Source: an uncultured virus (IMG/VR IMGVR_UViG_3300043436_000696)
Taxonomy: Duplodnaviria > Heunggongvirae > Uroviricota > Caudoviricetes
Length of the DNA: 20,000 nt
IMG/VR virus record: IMGVR_UViG_3300043436_000696
Strand: one strand, 5' to 3'
Shown: piece after piece, positions 6,034-15,328 of the stretch
How positions within the stretch are numbered: position 1 is the stretch's first letter
How the letters are laid out: every line of letters begins with the position of its first letter
The notes under the pieces: model-generated
The model's database searches: none
What the model saw: only the letters and a program-made list of their open reading frames with translations
What the model was told of the DNA's origin: nothing
Translations under genes and position numbers: made by a program

Positions 6034-8236
6034 TAACCATACAATATATAAAGAAGTACCCACTTATAAAGATGGGTCTTGGGATACTACCGTGTTTTAC
6101 TCACGTGAAGAATTCCGAGATTTTCTTATTCCTTTATTTAAGGAACCTGGTCAATATGAGTTTGATGAGGTGAGTACAATATTTAATGCTGAAGGACGTA
6201 AGTTTCAGAAACAAGGTTATTATTGTGCAGCTCCTGTAAAGACTAAAGACTTTATTAAATACTGGGATGATCAAAAAGCTAAATGCCGTAATGGTATTAT
6301 AGTATATAATGGAGAAAAGACATGGTATGTGTCTAGAGATTATTACATGTGGTTAAACTTTCTTCCTATTTATGATAAGGAAGAAAAACGTTTTGACTTT
6401 GCTAAGATAAGAGATGCTCAGTATCACATGGCTCTTTATGAACATCTTGCAGAATTACATTGGAAGCATGCTATTATTTTAAAGAAACGTCAGATAGCTT
6501 CTTCATACTTTCACATGGCTAAGTTAATTAACCAATGGGTATTTGAAGCAGGTGCTGTACTAAAAATAGGTGCTAGTCTTAAAGATTATATTAATGAAAA
6601 AGGTTCTTGGAAGTTTTTAGAAGAATATAAAAACTTTATTAATCAGCATACAGCGTGGTATAGACCGGCTGAGCCAGATAAAGTTGGAGCATGGAACCAG
6701 CAAATTAAAGTGAGAATAGCAGGTAGAGATACTTATAGAGGATTAAAATCTAGTATTAACTCATATTCATTTGAAAAGAATCCTACAAATGGTGTCGGTG
6801 GTCCTGTAACTTATTTTTTTCACGAGGAAGCAGGTATTGCTCCAAGTATGCATGATACATATGGATTCATGAAACCAGCATTAAAGTCTGGTCATATGAT
6901 TACAGGTCAGTTTATTGCTGCAGGATCAGTCGGTGATCTTGATCAGTGTGAACCTTTAAAACTTTATATAGAAAAACCAGAAGAAAATGGATTCTATGGA
7001 GTTAAGTCTGATCTTATAGATAAGAATGGTACAATTGGAATAACAGGATTATTTATTCCTGAACAATGGTCAATGCCTCCATATATAGATCAATATGGTA
7101 ACTCTCTTGTAGAAGAAGCATTAGAAGCTTTAGAAAAAGAGTTTATTCAGTTAAAGAAAGATCTTGAACCGGCAGCATATCAACTTGAAGTATCTCAGCA
7201 TCCTCGTACTATAGAAGAAGCGTTTGCTACTAGAAAACTTTCTATATTTGCTCCTCACTTAATTGCCAAGCAGCAACAACGTATTCAGGATAAAGAATAT
7301 CCTGTAGAATATCTTGAATTATCTAGAGATAGTGAAGGTAAAATTATAGATAAACCTTCTAGAAAGATTCCTATTACAGAATGGCCTATATCTAAAAGAA
7401 CAGAAGATAAAGAGGGAGTGTTGTGTATCTATGAAAGACCTGTAAAAGATCCTACCTTTGGTATGTATTATGGCTCTGTTGACCCTGTAGGTGAGGGTAA
7501 GACCACTACATCAGATTCATTATGTGCCATTTATATTTATAAGAATCCTGTAGAGGTTATAAAAGATGATGGAAATGGTAAAGTGACTAACACAATAGAA
7601 AGAGATAAGATAGTAGCTAGTTGGTGTGGACGTTTTGATGATATTAACAAAACACATGAAAGATTAGAACTTCTTATAGAATGGTATAATGCTTGGACTA
7701 TTGTGGAGAATAACGTAGCTTTGTTTATACAATACATGATTAGTAAGAAAAAACAAAGATATTTAGTTCCTAAAGACATGATCTTATTCTTAAAAGATAT
7801 AGGAGCTAACCGCAATGTATTCCAAGAATACGGTTGGAAGAACGTTGGTACGTTATTTAAAGGAACTGTCTTATCTTATGCTATTGAATTTTTAAAAGAA
7901 GAGCTTGATCATGAGACAACTCCTGATGGAACTATCGTAAAAACTATATATGGCGTAGAAAGAATTCCTGATCCAATGCTTTTAAAAGAGATGCAAGCTT
8001 ACCAAGATGGTGTCAACGTGGATAGACTTGTAGCTTTTTCAGCTTTGATAGCCTTTGCAAAGGTTCAACAATCTAATAGAGGACTGGTTAAACGTGTAGA
8101 AGTTAGCAAAGAAAACTTGGATAACTCCCAAAAATTTAGTAAATTAAATTGGAGCCCCTTTAGACATATGGGTGGTTCTAAAAGAGGGTCAGGAAATAGT
8201 CAACCTCCTAGAAATCCTTTTAAAAATATGAGATAA
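6017..8236 (+). CDS. terL: Terminase large subunit
   Basis: 739 aa. Walker A variant ILKKRQIASS, Walker B YFFHEEAG, coupling-motif-like AGSVG, and RNase H-like nuclease YYGSVDPVGEG...SDS, IVENN, DRLVA. Directly upstream of the portal gene. GTG start is uncertain. Confidence 0.92.
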   Translation: MEKLDNNHTIYKEVPTYKDGSWDTTVFYSREEFRDFLIPLFKEPGQYEFDEVSTIFNAEGRKFQKQGYYCAAPVKTKDFIKYWDDQKAKCRNGIIVYNGEKTWYVSRDYYMWLNFLPIYDKEEKRFDFAKIRDAQYHMALYEHLAELHWKHAIILKKRQIASSYFHMAKLINQWVFEAGAVLKIGASLKDYINEKGSWKFLEEYKNFINQHTAWYRPAEPDKVGAWNQQIKVRIAGRDTYRGLKSSINSYSFEKNPTNGVGGPVTYFFHEEAGIAPSMHDTYGFMKPALKSGHMITGQFIAAGSVGDLDQCEPLKLYIEKPEENGFYGVKSDLIDKNGTIGITGLFIPEQWSMPPYIDQYGNSLVEEALEALEKEFIQLKKDLEPAAYQLEVSQHPRTIEEAFATRKLSIFAPHLIAKQQQRIQDKEYPVEYLELSRDSEGKIIDKPSRKIPITEWPISKRTEDKEGVLCIYERPVKDPTFGMYYGSVDPVGEGKTTTSDSLCAIYIYKNPVEVIKDDGNGKVTNTIERDKIVASWCGRFDDINKTHERLELLIEWYNAWTIVENNVALFIQYMISKKKQRYLVPKDMILFLKDIGANRNVFQEYGWKNVGTLFKGTVLSYAIEFLKEELDHETTPDGTIVKTIYGVERIPDPMLLKEMQAYQDGVNVDRLVAFSALIAFAKVQQSNRGLVKRVEVSKENLDNSQKFSKLNWSPFRHMGGSKRGSGNSQPPRNPFKNMR

Positions 8237-8237
8237 T

Positions 8238-8321
8238 ATGAATTTATTTTCTAATTCTATAAACAATTACTACAGTACAACTACTGGCGGTGTTGTTTTT
8301 TATACCTATACAACTAATTAA
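8238..8321 (+). CDS. Possible 27-aa micro-protein (MNLFSNSINNYYSTTTGGVVFYTYTTN)
   Basis: ATG 1 nt after the terL stop and TAA 5 nt before the portal ATG, filling the intergenic gap. Confidence 0.4.
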   Translation: MNLFSNSINNYYSTTTGGVVFYTYTTN

Positions 8322-8326
8322 GAATC

Positions 8327-11071
8327 ATGCAAGTATATAATGCTCTAGACCTAAAAGCGGGTAAAAAAGCTGATTATAATAAGATGGGTACTCTTACCCA
8401 GCCTATTCAGTTTTTACCTGAAAAAGAAAAAGATGATGAATGGAGAGCTTGGAACCTAGATTGGCTAGAGTTTCAGGGTATGAAACAACTTAGACGTAAT
8501 GCTCGTAGACTTATGAAGAACTATAATCTTGCAAAAGGGATTATAGATAAACAAGACTATATCATAGAAGAAGATAATGAAGTGGCTGATCTTATAGATA
8601 CTTTGACTAAACAAGACGAATCTGCTTTAGAACTTAAGTTTTACCCTATTATTCCTAATGTAATCAATGTACTTACTAATGAATTTAGTAAACGTACTTC
8701 TAAGATTATGTTTAGAGCTATTGACGACATTTCTTATAATGAAATGTTAGAGGAAAAGCGTCAAATGGTAGAAGATGTTCTATTACAACAAGCTCAGCAG
8801 AAGATGTTTATGAACCTTGTTAATCAAGGAATGGACCCTGAATCAGAAGAAGCTCAACAAATGCTATCTCCTGATAGTCTTAGAAGTCTTCCTGAAATTG
8901 AAGATTATTTTAAGAAAGACTACAGATCTATGATTGAAGAGTGGGCTACCCATCAGATGAAGGTAGACACTGAAAAGTTTGGATTACAAGAATTAGAAGA
9001 GCGTGCATTTAGAGACATGCTTATTACAGATAGAGAATTCTGGCATTTTAAGATGAATGAAGATGATTATGAGGTGGAGTTATGGAACCCACTTTTGACA
9101 TTCTATCATAAGTCTCCAGATGTACGTTACATTTCTCAGGGTAACTGGGTAGGTAAAATGGATATGATGTCTGTATCAGACGTTATTGACAAGTTTGGTT
9201 GGATGATGAATCAAGAGCAGTTAGAAGCTCTAGAAGCTATCTATCCTGTAAGATCTGCGGGTTATGCTATCCAAGGTATGCAAAATGATGGTAGTTACTA
9301 TGATCCTACCAGATCTCATGATTGGAATACTCAGATGCCAAGTCTTGGATATAGACAATTTGCATCTATTTATGATAGTAAATTTGGTACAGGAGATATA
9401 GTTGAGTGGATCTTATCTGATTCAGAAGATACTATTGACTTTGGTAAAACTCATTTATTGCGTGTATCTACAATCTATTGGAAGTCTCAACGTAAGGTGG
9501 GACACTTAACTAAGATTACAGAAGAAGGAGAAATTATTCAAGATATTATATCTGAAGAATATAAGGTTACTGATAAACCTCAATATAACACTGTTGTATA
9601 TAAACAAAAATCTAAGGATAACTTAATTTTTGGAGAGCATATTGACTGGATTTGGATTAACGAAACTTGGGGTGGTATTAAGATTGGACCTAACCGTCCT
9701 GCATTCTGGGGTATGAATAATCCAGGAGGTATTAACCCAATATATTTAGGTCTTAATGGTGGTAAGCCAGGTAAGGTTCCTTTCCAATTTAAAGGTGATA
9801 GTACATTATATGGATGTAAACTTCCTGTAGAAGGAGCTGTATTTGGTGATAGAAACACTCGTAGTATTTCTTTAGTGGATCTTATGAAGCCTTATCAGAT
9901 TGGTTATAATATTGTAAATAACCAAATAGCTGACATCCTTGTAGATGAATTAGGTACAGTGATCATGCTAGATCAGAATTCTTTACCACGTCACTCTATG
10001 GGAGAAGATTGGGGTAAGAATAACTTATCTAAAGCCTACGTGGCTATGAAGAACTTCCAGATGTTACCATTAGATACTTCTATTACTAACACTGAGAATG
10101 CTCTTAACTTCCAACACTACCAAGTATTAAACTTAGAACAAACTAACCGTTTGCTTTCTCGTATCAATCTTGCTACATATTTTAAGAATCAAGCGTTTGA
10201 AGTGATTGGTTTGAACCAACAACGTATGGGTCAACAGATTGCTCAACAACAGACTGCTACAGGGGTAGAGCAAGCTATGAATGCTTCTTATGCACAGACA
10301 GAGCAGTATTTTATACAACATAGTGATTACTTGATGCCAAGAGTTCACCAAATGAGAACTGACTTAGCTCAATATTATCATTCTAAAAAGCCGTCTTTAA
10401 GACTTCAATATATTACAGGTAATGATGAAAAGATTAATTTCCAGATAAATGGAACAGATCTTTTAATGAGAGACTTTAATATATTCTGTACTACTAAGAC
10501 TAATCAAAGATCTGTAATGGAGCAATTACGCCAGATTGCTGTTAATAATAATACAACTGGAGCTTCTATATTTGATTTAGGAAACGTTATTAAAGCTGAG
10601 TCTATTGCTGAGTTAACTGGTGTTCTTAAGAATGCTGAAGAAAAAGCTAATGCTCTTAAGCAACAAGAACAAGAGGCTCAACAGAAAATGCAGGAAGAAA
10701 TGCTTGCTTCTCAAGAGCGTCAGAAACAAATGGATCTTCAGTTTAAAGCTGAACAAGCTGACCTTGATAGACAAAATAATATTACTCTTGCTGAAATTAG
10801 ATCAGCAGGTTATGGTGCTATGATGGATATTGACAAGAACCAAGTGTCTGACTATCAAGATGTTTTAGCTAATATTCAGAAGCAGCAAAGTTATCAAGAT
10901 ACAATGAGTTTTAAACGTGAGCAGGAAGTAAATAAGAACGCTACTAATGCTCAGAAATTAGATATTGAGCGTCAGAAGTTACAAACTCAGAAAGAGATTG
11001 CTGATAAACAATTACAGATAGCTAAAGAAAATAAGAACAAATATGATGTTGGAGCTAAGAAGAAGAAATAA
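8327..11071 (+). CDS. Portal protein (crAss-like)
   Basis: 914 aa, after terL. Contains FYPIIPNVINVL, SLVDLMKPYQIGYNIV and a long Q/E/K-rich C-terminal coiled coil (barrel). Confidence 0.88.
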   Translation: MQVYNALDLKAGKKADYNKMGTLTQPIQFLPEKEKDDEWRAWNLDWLEFQGMKQLRRNARRLMKNYNLAKGIIDKQDYIIEEDNEVADLIDTLTKQDESALELKFYPIIPNVINVLTNEFSKRTSKIMFRAIDDISYNEMLEEKRQMVEDVLLQQAQQKMFMNLVNQGMDPESEEAQQMLSPDSLRSLPEIEDYFKKDYRSMIEEWATHQMKVDTEKFGLQELEERAFRDMLITDREFWHFKMNEDDYEVELWNPLLTFYHKSPDVRYISQGNWVGKMDMMSVSDVIDKFGWMMNQEQLEALEAIYPVRSAGYAIQGMQNDGSYYDPTRSHDWNTQMPSLGYRQFASIYDSKFGTGDIVEWILSDSEDTIDFGKTHLLRVSTIYWKSQRKVGHLTKITEEGEIIQDIISEEYKVTDKPQYNTVVYKQKSKDNLIFGEHIDWIWINETWGGIKIGPNRPAFWGMNNPGGINPIYLGLNGGKPGKVPFQFKGDSTLYGCKLPVEGAVFGDRNTRSISLVDLMKPYQIGYNIVNNQIADILVDELGTVIMLDQNSLPRHSMGEDWGKNNLSKAYVAMKNFQMLPLDTSITNTENALNFQHYQVLNLEQTNRLLSRINLATYFKNQAFEVIGLNQQRMGQQIAQQQTATGVEQAMNASYAQTEQYFIQHSDYLMPRVHQMRTDLAQYYHSKKPSLRLQYITGNDEKINFQINGTDLLMRDFNIFCTTKTNQRSVMEQLRQIAVNNNTTGASIFDLGNVIKAESIAELTGVLKNAEEKANALKQQEQEAQQKMQEEMLASQERQKQMDLQFKAEQADLDRQNNITLAEIRSAGYGAMMDIDKNQVSDYQDVLANIQKQQSYQDTMSFKREQEVNKNATNAQKLDIERQKLQTQKEIADKQLQIAKENKNKYDVGAKKKK

Positions 11072-11139
11072 TTATAGCTCTATTATCCAGACCTTAGATG
11101 ATAATTTCTTAAAAAGTGTAAATTTTTAAGATTTAAGTT

Positions 11140-11156
11140 GTATATTTTTAATGTAG
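11140..11156 (+). promoter_or_regulatory. Possible late promoter element GTATATTTTTAATGTA
   Basis: Near-copy of GTATATTATAATGTA at 871-885, located in the portal-scaffold gap. It lacks TTTG at the -33 position. Confidence 0.4.
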
Positions 11157-11181
11157 AGATACACAATAAAAACCAAACAAA

Positions 11182-12462
11182 ATGACTGATAATCAAAACA
11201 ATGTACAGACATCTGTACAACAAGTAGACCTTGACATTGATAGTTGGTTAGGAGCTCCAGGTGCAGACAGTATAGTTACACCTACAAGTGGTAATCCAAC
11301 TGGAGAAACTACAGAGCTTAAACCTAACATCTTTAGCCAAGGAAAACCAGATCTTAGTTTCTTAGATAAAGAAGTTGAAGATACTGAAGAACATAAGGAT
11401 AAAGACGGTAATGTCTTACCTAAAGTTACTAAAGAAGAAACTAAAGACCTTATTGACAGTTTAGATGAAGATTCTAACAATGATCAAGATGAGGATGGAA
11501 AATCTAAAGGTGGAAGACCTAAGACAGAAAAGTCTGGCTTAGTAGAGTTTCTTAAAAAACGTATAGAATCAAAGGAAATGTTTGCCTTTGATGACTATGA
11601 TGAAAGTAAACAAGATCTTGGAGAGTACTTAGGTACACTCTCAGAAAAAGATATAGATGAGTTATGGCAAGCTAACATGGACAATTTAAAGTCTGAAGTT
11701 GCTGCTAAAACTCCACAAGAGTTCTTTGAATCTTTACCTGAAGAACTTCAGTATGCTGCTAAATATGTAATGGATGGTGGTACAGACTTAAAAGGAATGT
11801 TCCAAGCATTATCAGCAGTTGAACAAGTTCGTGAATTAGATCCTTCTAAAGAAAGTGATCAAGAACAGATTGTTCGTCAATATTTACAAGCAAGAGGAGA
11901 ATCTTCTGAAGATATTGAAGATGAGATCTCTACTATTAAAGATTTAGGAGCTTTAGAAAAAAAGGCTAAGCAGTATAAACCTAAGTTAGACCAAATGCAA
12001 GAAGAGATTGTACAATCTCAGATTGCTGAACAAGAAGCTAGAAAAGTACAACAAGAGCAAGCTGCTGAAGCTTATATGAAAAATGTATTTGAAGCTTTAA
12101 GACCTGCGGAAATCAATGGTTTAAAGTTAGATAAGAAAACTCAAGCTCAATTGTACAGTGGATTAGTACAACCTCAGTATCCTTCTATTAGTGGAAGACC
12201 TACTAATCAATTAGGACACTTATTAGAGAAGTATCAGTTTGTAGAACCAAACTATCCTTTAATAGCTGAAGCACTTTGGTTACTTTCTGATCCTGAAGCA
12301 TATCGTCAAAATCTAGTTAAACAAGGTAAGAATCAAGCTGTTGAACAAACAGTTCGTACTTTAAAAACAGAACAATCTAGAAAGACAAGTAGTACTCATC
12401 AAGAAGATGATGAACCTAGATCTAGAAAGTTAGTAAGACCAACAAACATATTTAAAAGATAA
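11182..12462 (+). CDS. Putative capsid scaffolding protein
   Basis: 426 aa. Very acidic disordered N-part, coiled-coil centre and basic C-terminus (RKLVRPTNIFKR). Lies between portal and MCP. Confidence 0.7.
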   Translation: MTDNQNNVQTSVQQVDLDIDSWLGAPGADSIVTPTSGNPTGETTELKPNIFSQGKPDLSFLDKEVEDTEEHKDKDGNVLPKVTKEETKDLIDSLDEDSNNDQDEDGKSKGGRPKTEKSGLVEFLKKRIESKEMFAFDDYDESKQDLGEYLGTLSEKDIDELWQANMDNLKSEVAAKTPQEFFESLPEELQYAAKYVMDGGTDLKGMFQALSAVEQVRELDPSKESDQEQIVRQYLQARGESSEDIEDEISTIKDLGALEKKAKQYKPKLDQMQEEIVQSQIAEQEARKVQQEQAAEAYMKNVFEALRPAEINGLKLDKKTQAQLYSGLVQPQYPSISGRPTNQLGHLLEKYQFVEPNYPLIAEALWLLSDPEAYRQNLVKQGKNQAVEQTVRTLKTEQSRKTSSTHQEDDEPRSRKLVRPTNIFKR

Positions 12463-12501
12463 ACTTTTTATAATTTCTAACCCTTAAAATTAAAAAGCCT
12501 T

Positions 12502-14121
12502 ATGGCAACTCCAGTTTTGAACAATGGTATATTTCTACGTGATACCAGTTATCAAACAAGTTCACACGTAGATTCGTATCACCTTTCAAACTTACTGAAG
12601 TCAGCTGAACCTACAGACTTAGGTCCTGTAGATTTATGGGCTATGGCACAAAAAGTAGAAATGCCTTTGTACCAGATGTCTAGCTTCGGTGGTAAGAACG
12701 TTATCTCTGTAGATAATGCTCGTGGTGAGTACAAATGGCAGATCCCTGTAACTCAGGACTTGCCTTATATCGTGGAAGATATTGAATCAGCAAACCAAAC
12801 TAAAGGTGTTGATGGTCAATCTTTCAAGATTAAATTGAATAAGCGTTCTTTTGGTCATGGTGATATCATCACTTATGACAAGTACAATGGTGTTGAAATG
12901 TACATCACTGCTGACGATATTATCCCAGCTGGTGACGGTTTCATCTACACTGTACAATTGGTAAACAACGACAACGCTAAGTACTTGGATAACAAATACT
13001 TAAAAGTTGGTACTAAAGTTTTCCGTAAAGGTTCTGCAAGAGGTGAATACGGTGAAAGATTCTCTGACATCGGTAACGTAAATGCAGGTTTCCGTGAATT
13101 CTACAACTATGTAGGTGGTGCTGAAGCTCACGTTCATTATTCTGTAAGCTCTAGAGCTGACTTGATGATGAAAGGTGGTATGAAAGCTGATGGTACAGTT
13201 CCTGTAGTTGAGCTTTGGAGAAACTTTGACAAGAGCGTAGATCCTTCTATTTCTAACTTAGAAGACATGGCTTCTAAAATGGGTAAAGATTATGTAAAGA
13301 AAGCTTACCAATCTGGTCAGTTAACTCGTACATTCTTAACTACAATGGAAGCAGCTCATTTGAGCAAGATTGCTAATGACATTGAGACTTACTTAATGTG
13401 GGGTCAAGGTGGTAAAGTTAAGCAAGATGGTCCAGATGACATCAGATTGTCTGTAGGTTTATGGAAGCAGTTAGATAACTCTTACAAGCGTATTTACAAC
13501 AAAGGTTCTTTCAACTTAGATTTGTTCAAGTCTGAAATCTTCAACTTCTTCAATGGTAAGGTTGAATTCCAAGGACCAGATCCTAAGCGTCAGTTGGTTG
13601 TACAAACTGGTTTAGGTGGTATGAAGTTGGTAAATGAAGCTATTAAGCGTGAAGCTATCAACTCTGGTTTAGTAATCAATGCTTCTGAAATTGGTGCTAT
13701 CACTGGTAAAGGTATGGACTTAAACTTTGGTTTTGCATACACTCAATACGTTATTCCTTTCTTAGCTAACGTTAAGTTTGTATTGAACCCAGCGTTTGAT
13801 AACATCCACACTAATGACATTGAGAACCCAATCATTGATGGTTTCCCATTAAGTTCTTACAATTTCATTATCTTTGATATTACAGATAACACTAACGATA
13901 ACATCTACTTGTTAAAGTTAAGTTGGGACAACCAATTAAAGTGGTTCTATCAAAACGGTACAATGGATTACATGGGACGTACACAAGGATTCCAGTCTTC
14001 TGGAAACTTCAACGGATACCGTGTATTCATGACACAAACAATGCCAGCTATTTGGGTTAAAGATCCAACTAAGGTATTGAAGATCGTTATGAGAAACCCT
14101 GTAACTGGTGGCTCATTCTAG
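12502..14121 (+). CDS. Major capsid protein (HK97 fold, crAss-like)
   Basis: 539 aa, positioned after portal/scaffold. Strong high-expression codon bias (AAC, TTC, ATC, CGT, GGT). Contains EYKWQI, LMWGQGG...GLWKQL and IWVKDPTK segments. Confidence 0.9.
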   Translation: MATPVLNNGIFLRDTSYQTSSHVDSYHLSNLLKSAEPTDLGPVDLWAMAQKVEMPLYQMSSFGGKNVISVDNARGEYKWQIPVTQDLPYIVEDIESANQTKGVDGQSFKIKLNKRSFGHGDIITYDKYNGVEMYITADDIIPAGDGFIYTVQLVNNDNAKYLDNKYLKVGTKVFRKGSARGEYGERFSDIGNVNAGFREFYNYVGGAEAHVHYSVSSRADLMMKGGMKADGTVPVVELWRNFDKSVDPSISNLEDMASKMGKDYVKKAYQSGQLTRTFLTTMEAAHLSKIANDIETYLMWGQGGKVKQDGPDDIRLSVGLWKQLDNSYKRIYNKGSFNLDLFKSEIFNFFNGKVEFQGPDPKRQLVVQTGLGGMKLVNEAIKREAINSGLVINASEIGAITGKGMDLNFGFAYTQYVIPFLANVKFVLNPAFDNIHTNDIENPIIDGFPLSSYNFIIFDITDNTNDNIYLLKLSWDNQLKWFYQNGTMDYMGRTQGFQSSGNFNGYRVFMTQTMPAIWVKDPTKVLKIVMRNPVTGGSF

Positions 14122-14134
14122 ATAAATTTACAAT

Positions 14135-14157
14135 CCTGGGAGGTAAAATCTCCCAGG
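14135..14157 (+). terminator. GC-rich hairpin after MCP (terminator-like or mRNA stabiliser)
   Basis: CCTGGGAG-GTAAAAT-CTCCCAGG with outer TACAA/TTGTA pairing. Only a weak U-tract (CTCTTGTAT). Confidence 0.55.
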
Positions 14158-14177
14158 CTCTTGTATCTATACCCTCC

Positions 14178-14196
14178 CTTAGGATAGTATCCTAAG
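14178..14196. repeat. Perfect 9-1-9 palindrome CTTAGGATA-G-TATCCTAAG
   Basis: Directly seen inverted repeat with a single central base. Confidence 0.8.
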
Positions 14197-14203
14197 AAAA
14201 TCC

Positions 14204-14262
14204 AACCTGTTGTATGCAGACTGGCTGATCACCGGAGAGCTTGCAACTCTCAACAGGTTCAA
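14204..14262 (+). ncRNA. tRNA-like three-way structure lacking an anticodon arm
   Basis: AACCTGTT/AACAGGTT closing stem, CAG-ACTGG-CTG arm, GAGAG-CTTGCAA-CTCTC arm stacked on the closing stem, and 3' CAA. Confidence 0.45.
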
Positions 14263-14305
14263 CATTAGGTCGTAAAGACCATGTATAAAAACCAAAAAAC
14301 CAAAT

Positions 14306-15322
14306 ATGAGTAGTGTAACTATCGTGGAGAAGTATCCACAAAACAAAAGATCTAGTATAGCTATTAGACCTTATTTTGATCCTGCAGTAGATAACATGGG
14401 ATTACAAAAGTATGGTTTAAGTCTTTTTGACGGAGCGTTCCACGAGGAACAATTAGCTTGTTTAGAAATTAACGGTATTAAACGATACCTTACAGGTCTT
14501 AATGAGTTTGCTCCAGAAGTAAAGAACTTACCAATGGAAGAACAAGAAGCTAAGATTAAAAGTATCCGTAGTATCATAGTACAGCTTGAACGTGAGTTAG
14601 CTGCTAATATGGTAGATCCATCGGATAAAGAATTTTGGAATAAGATTAAGTTGTTAAAACCAGATAATTCTGAGTTTTGGGATAAGATCAAAATTAGATG
14701 TGGTAATGAACCTGTATTTTTAGAGCCTGATAAAGATCCTTATGATTTAATCAGACTATATGCTATAGAAGCAGGTGGGTTTTCAATAGTTGCTAAATCT
14801 TTAGAAGAAGCTAGAAGAATGCCAGTTCCTCCTAAGTTTTACTTAGATAAATTAGAGGAAACAGCAACACTTAATACTGAAGTTAAGAAGCTGAGAAACA
14901 AAGCGTTATCAGAACTTCAGAAGTTATTTGATAAGAATACCAATAAGTTATTTTATATAGCTAAGGTATTAGATGCAAATAGTGCTCAGTATAAGAAGTC
15001 AACTCCAAATGATATTGTTTATGATAACATGGACAAGTTTATTAATGGAGATTTAGTAGAGAAGAATAAGAAGAAAACAGCTGAAAGATTCCTAGATATA
15101 GTGAATCTTGACATGGAAACGTTAAAAATAAGAGCTATTGTAAAAGATAGTGGTTATTATAAATTCATTGCTACAAAAGCTGACGGATTTATTTACCATA
15201 TGGAAACAACAACCATGTTGGGAAGAACTCCTTCAGATGTGTTAGAGTACCTAAAGAATCCTTTGAATGAGGAGATTTTGGTAGATTTAACTAAAAAAGT
15301 AGAAAAATACTGGAATCAGTAA
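14306..15322 (+). CDS. Conserved crAss-like capsid-module protein of unknown function
   Basis: 338 aa, immediately after MCP. Contains YLTGL, FW...FW, LxPxxDPYDLI and YLKNPLNEEI. Family call is positional inference. Confidence 0.7.
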   Translation: MSSVTIVEKYPQNKRSSIAIRPYFDPAVDNMGLQKYGLSLFDGAFHEEQLACLEINGIKRYLTGLNEFAPEVKNLPMEEQEAKIKSIRSIIVQLERELAANMVDPSDKEFWNKIKLLKPDNSEFWDKIKIRCGNEPVFLEPDKDPYDLIRLYAIEAGGFSIVAKSLEEARRMPVPPKFYLDKLEETATLNTEVKKLRNKALSELQKLFDKNTNKLFYIAKVLDANSAQYKKSTPNDIVYDNMDKFINGDLVEKNKKKTAERFLDIVNLDMETLKIRAIVKDSGYYKFIATKADGFIYHMETTTMLGRTPSDVLEYLKNPLNEEILVDLTKKVEKYWNQ

Positions 15323-15328
15323 TAACAT

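Noticed and set aside
6017..8236. Intein or group I intron in terL
   Set aside because: The frame is uninterrupted and I saw no intein splice-junction (HN-C/S/T) or LAGLIDADG motifs.
11072..11110. Terminator after the portal gene
   Set aside because: Only a weak AT-rich stem (ATTATC/GATAAT) with a large loop, which is not convincing.
14221..14284. Hammerhead ribozyme suggested by CTGATCA
   Set aside because: The core should be CUGANGA followed by stem II and GAAA. Neither the GA nor the GAAA is in place.
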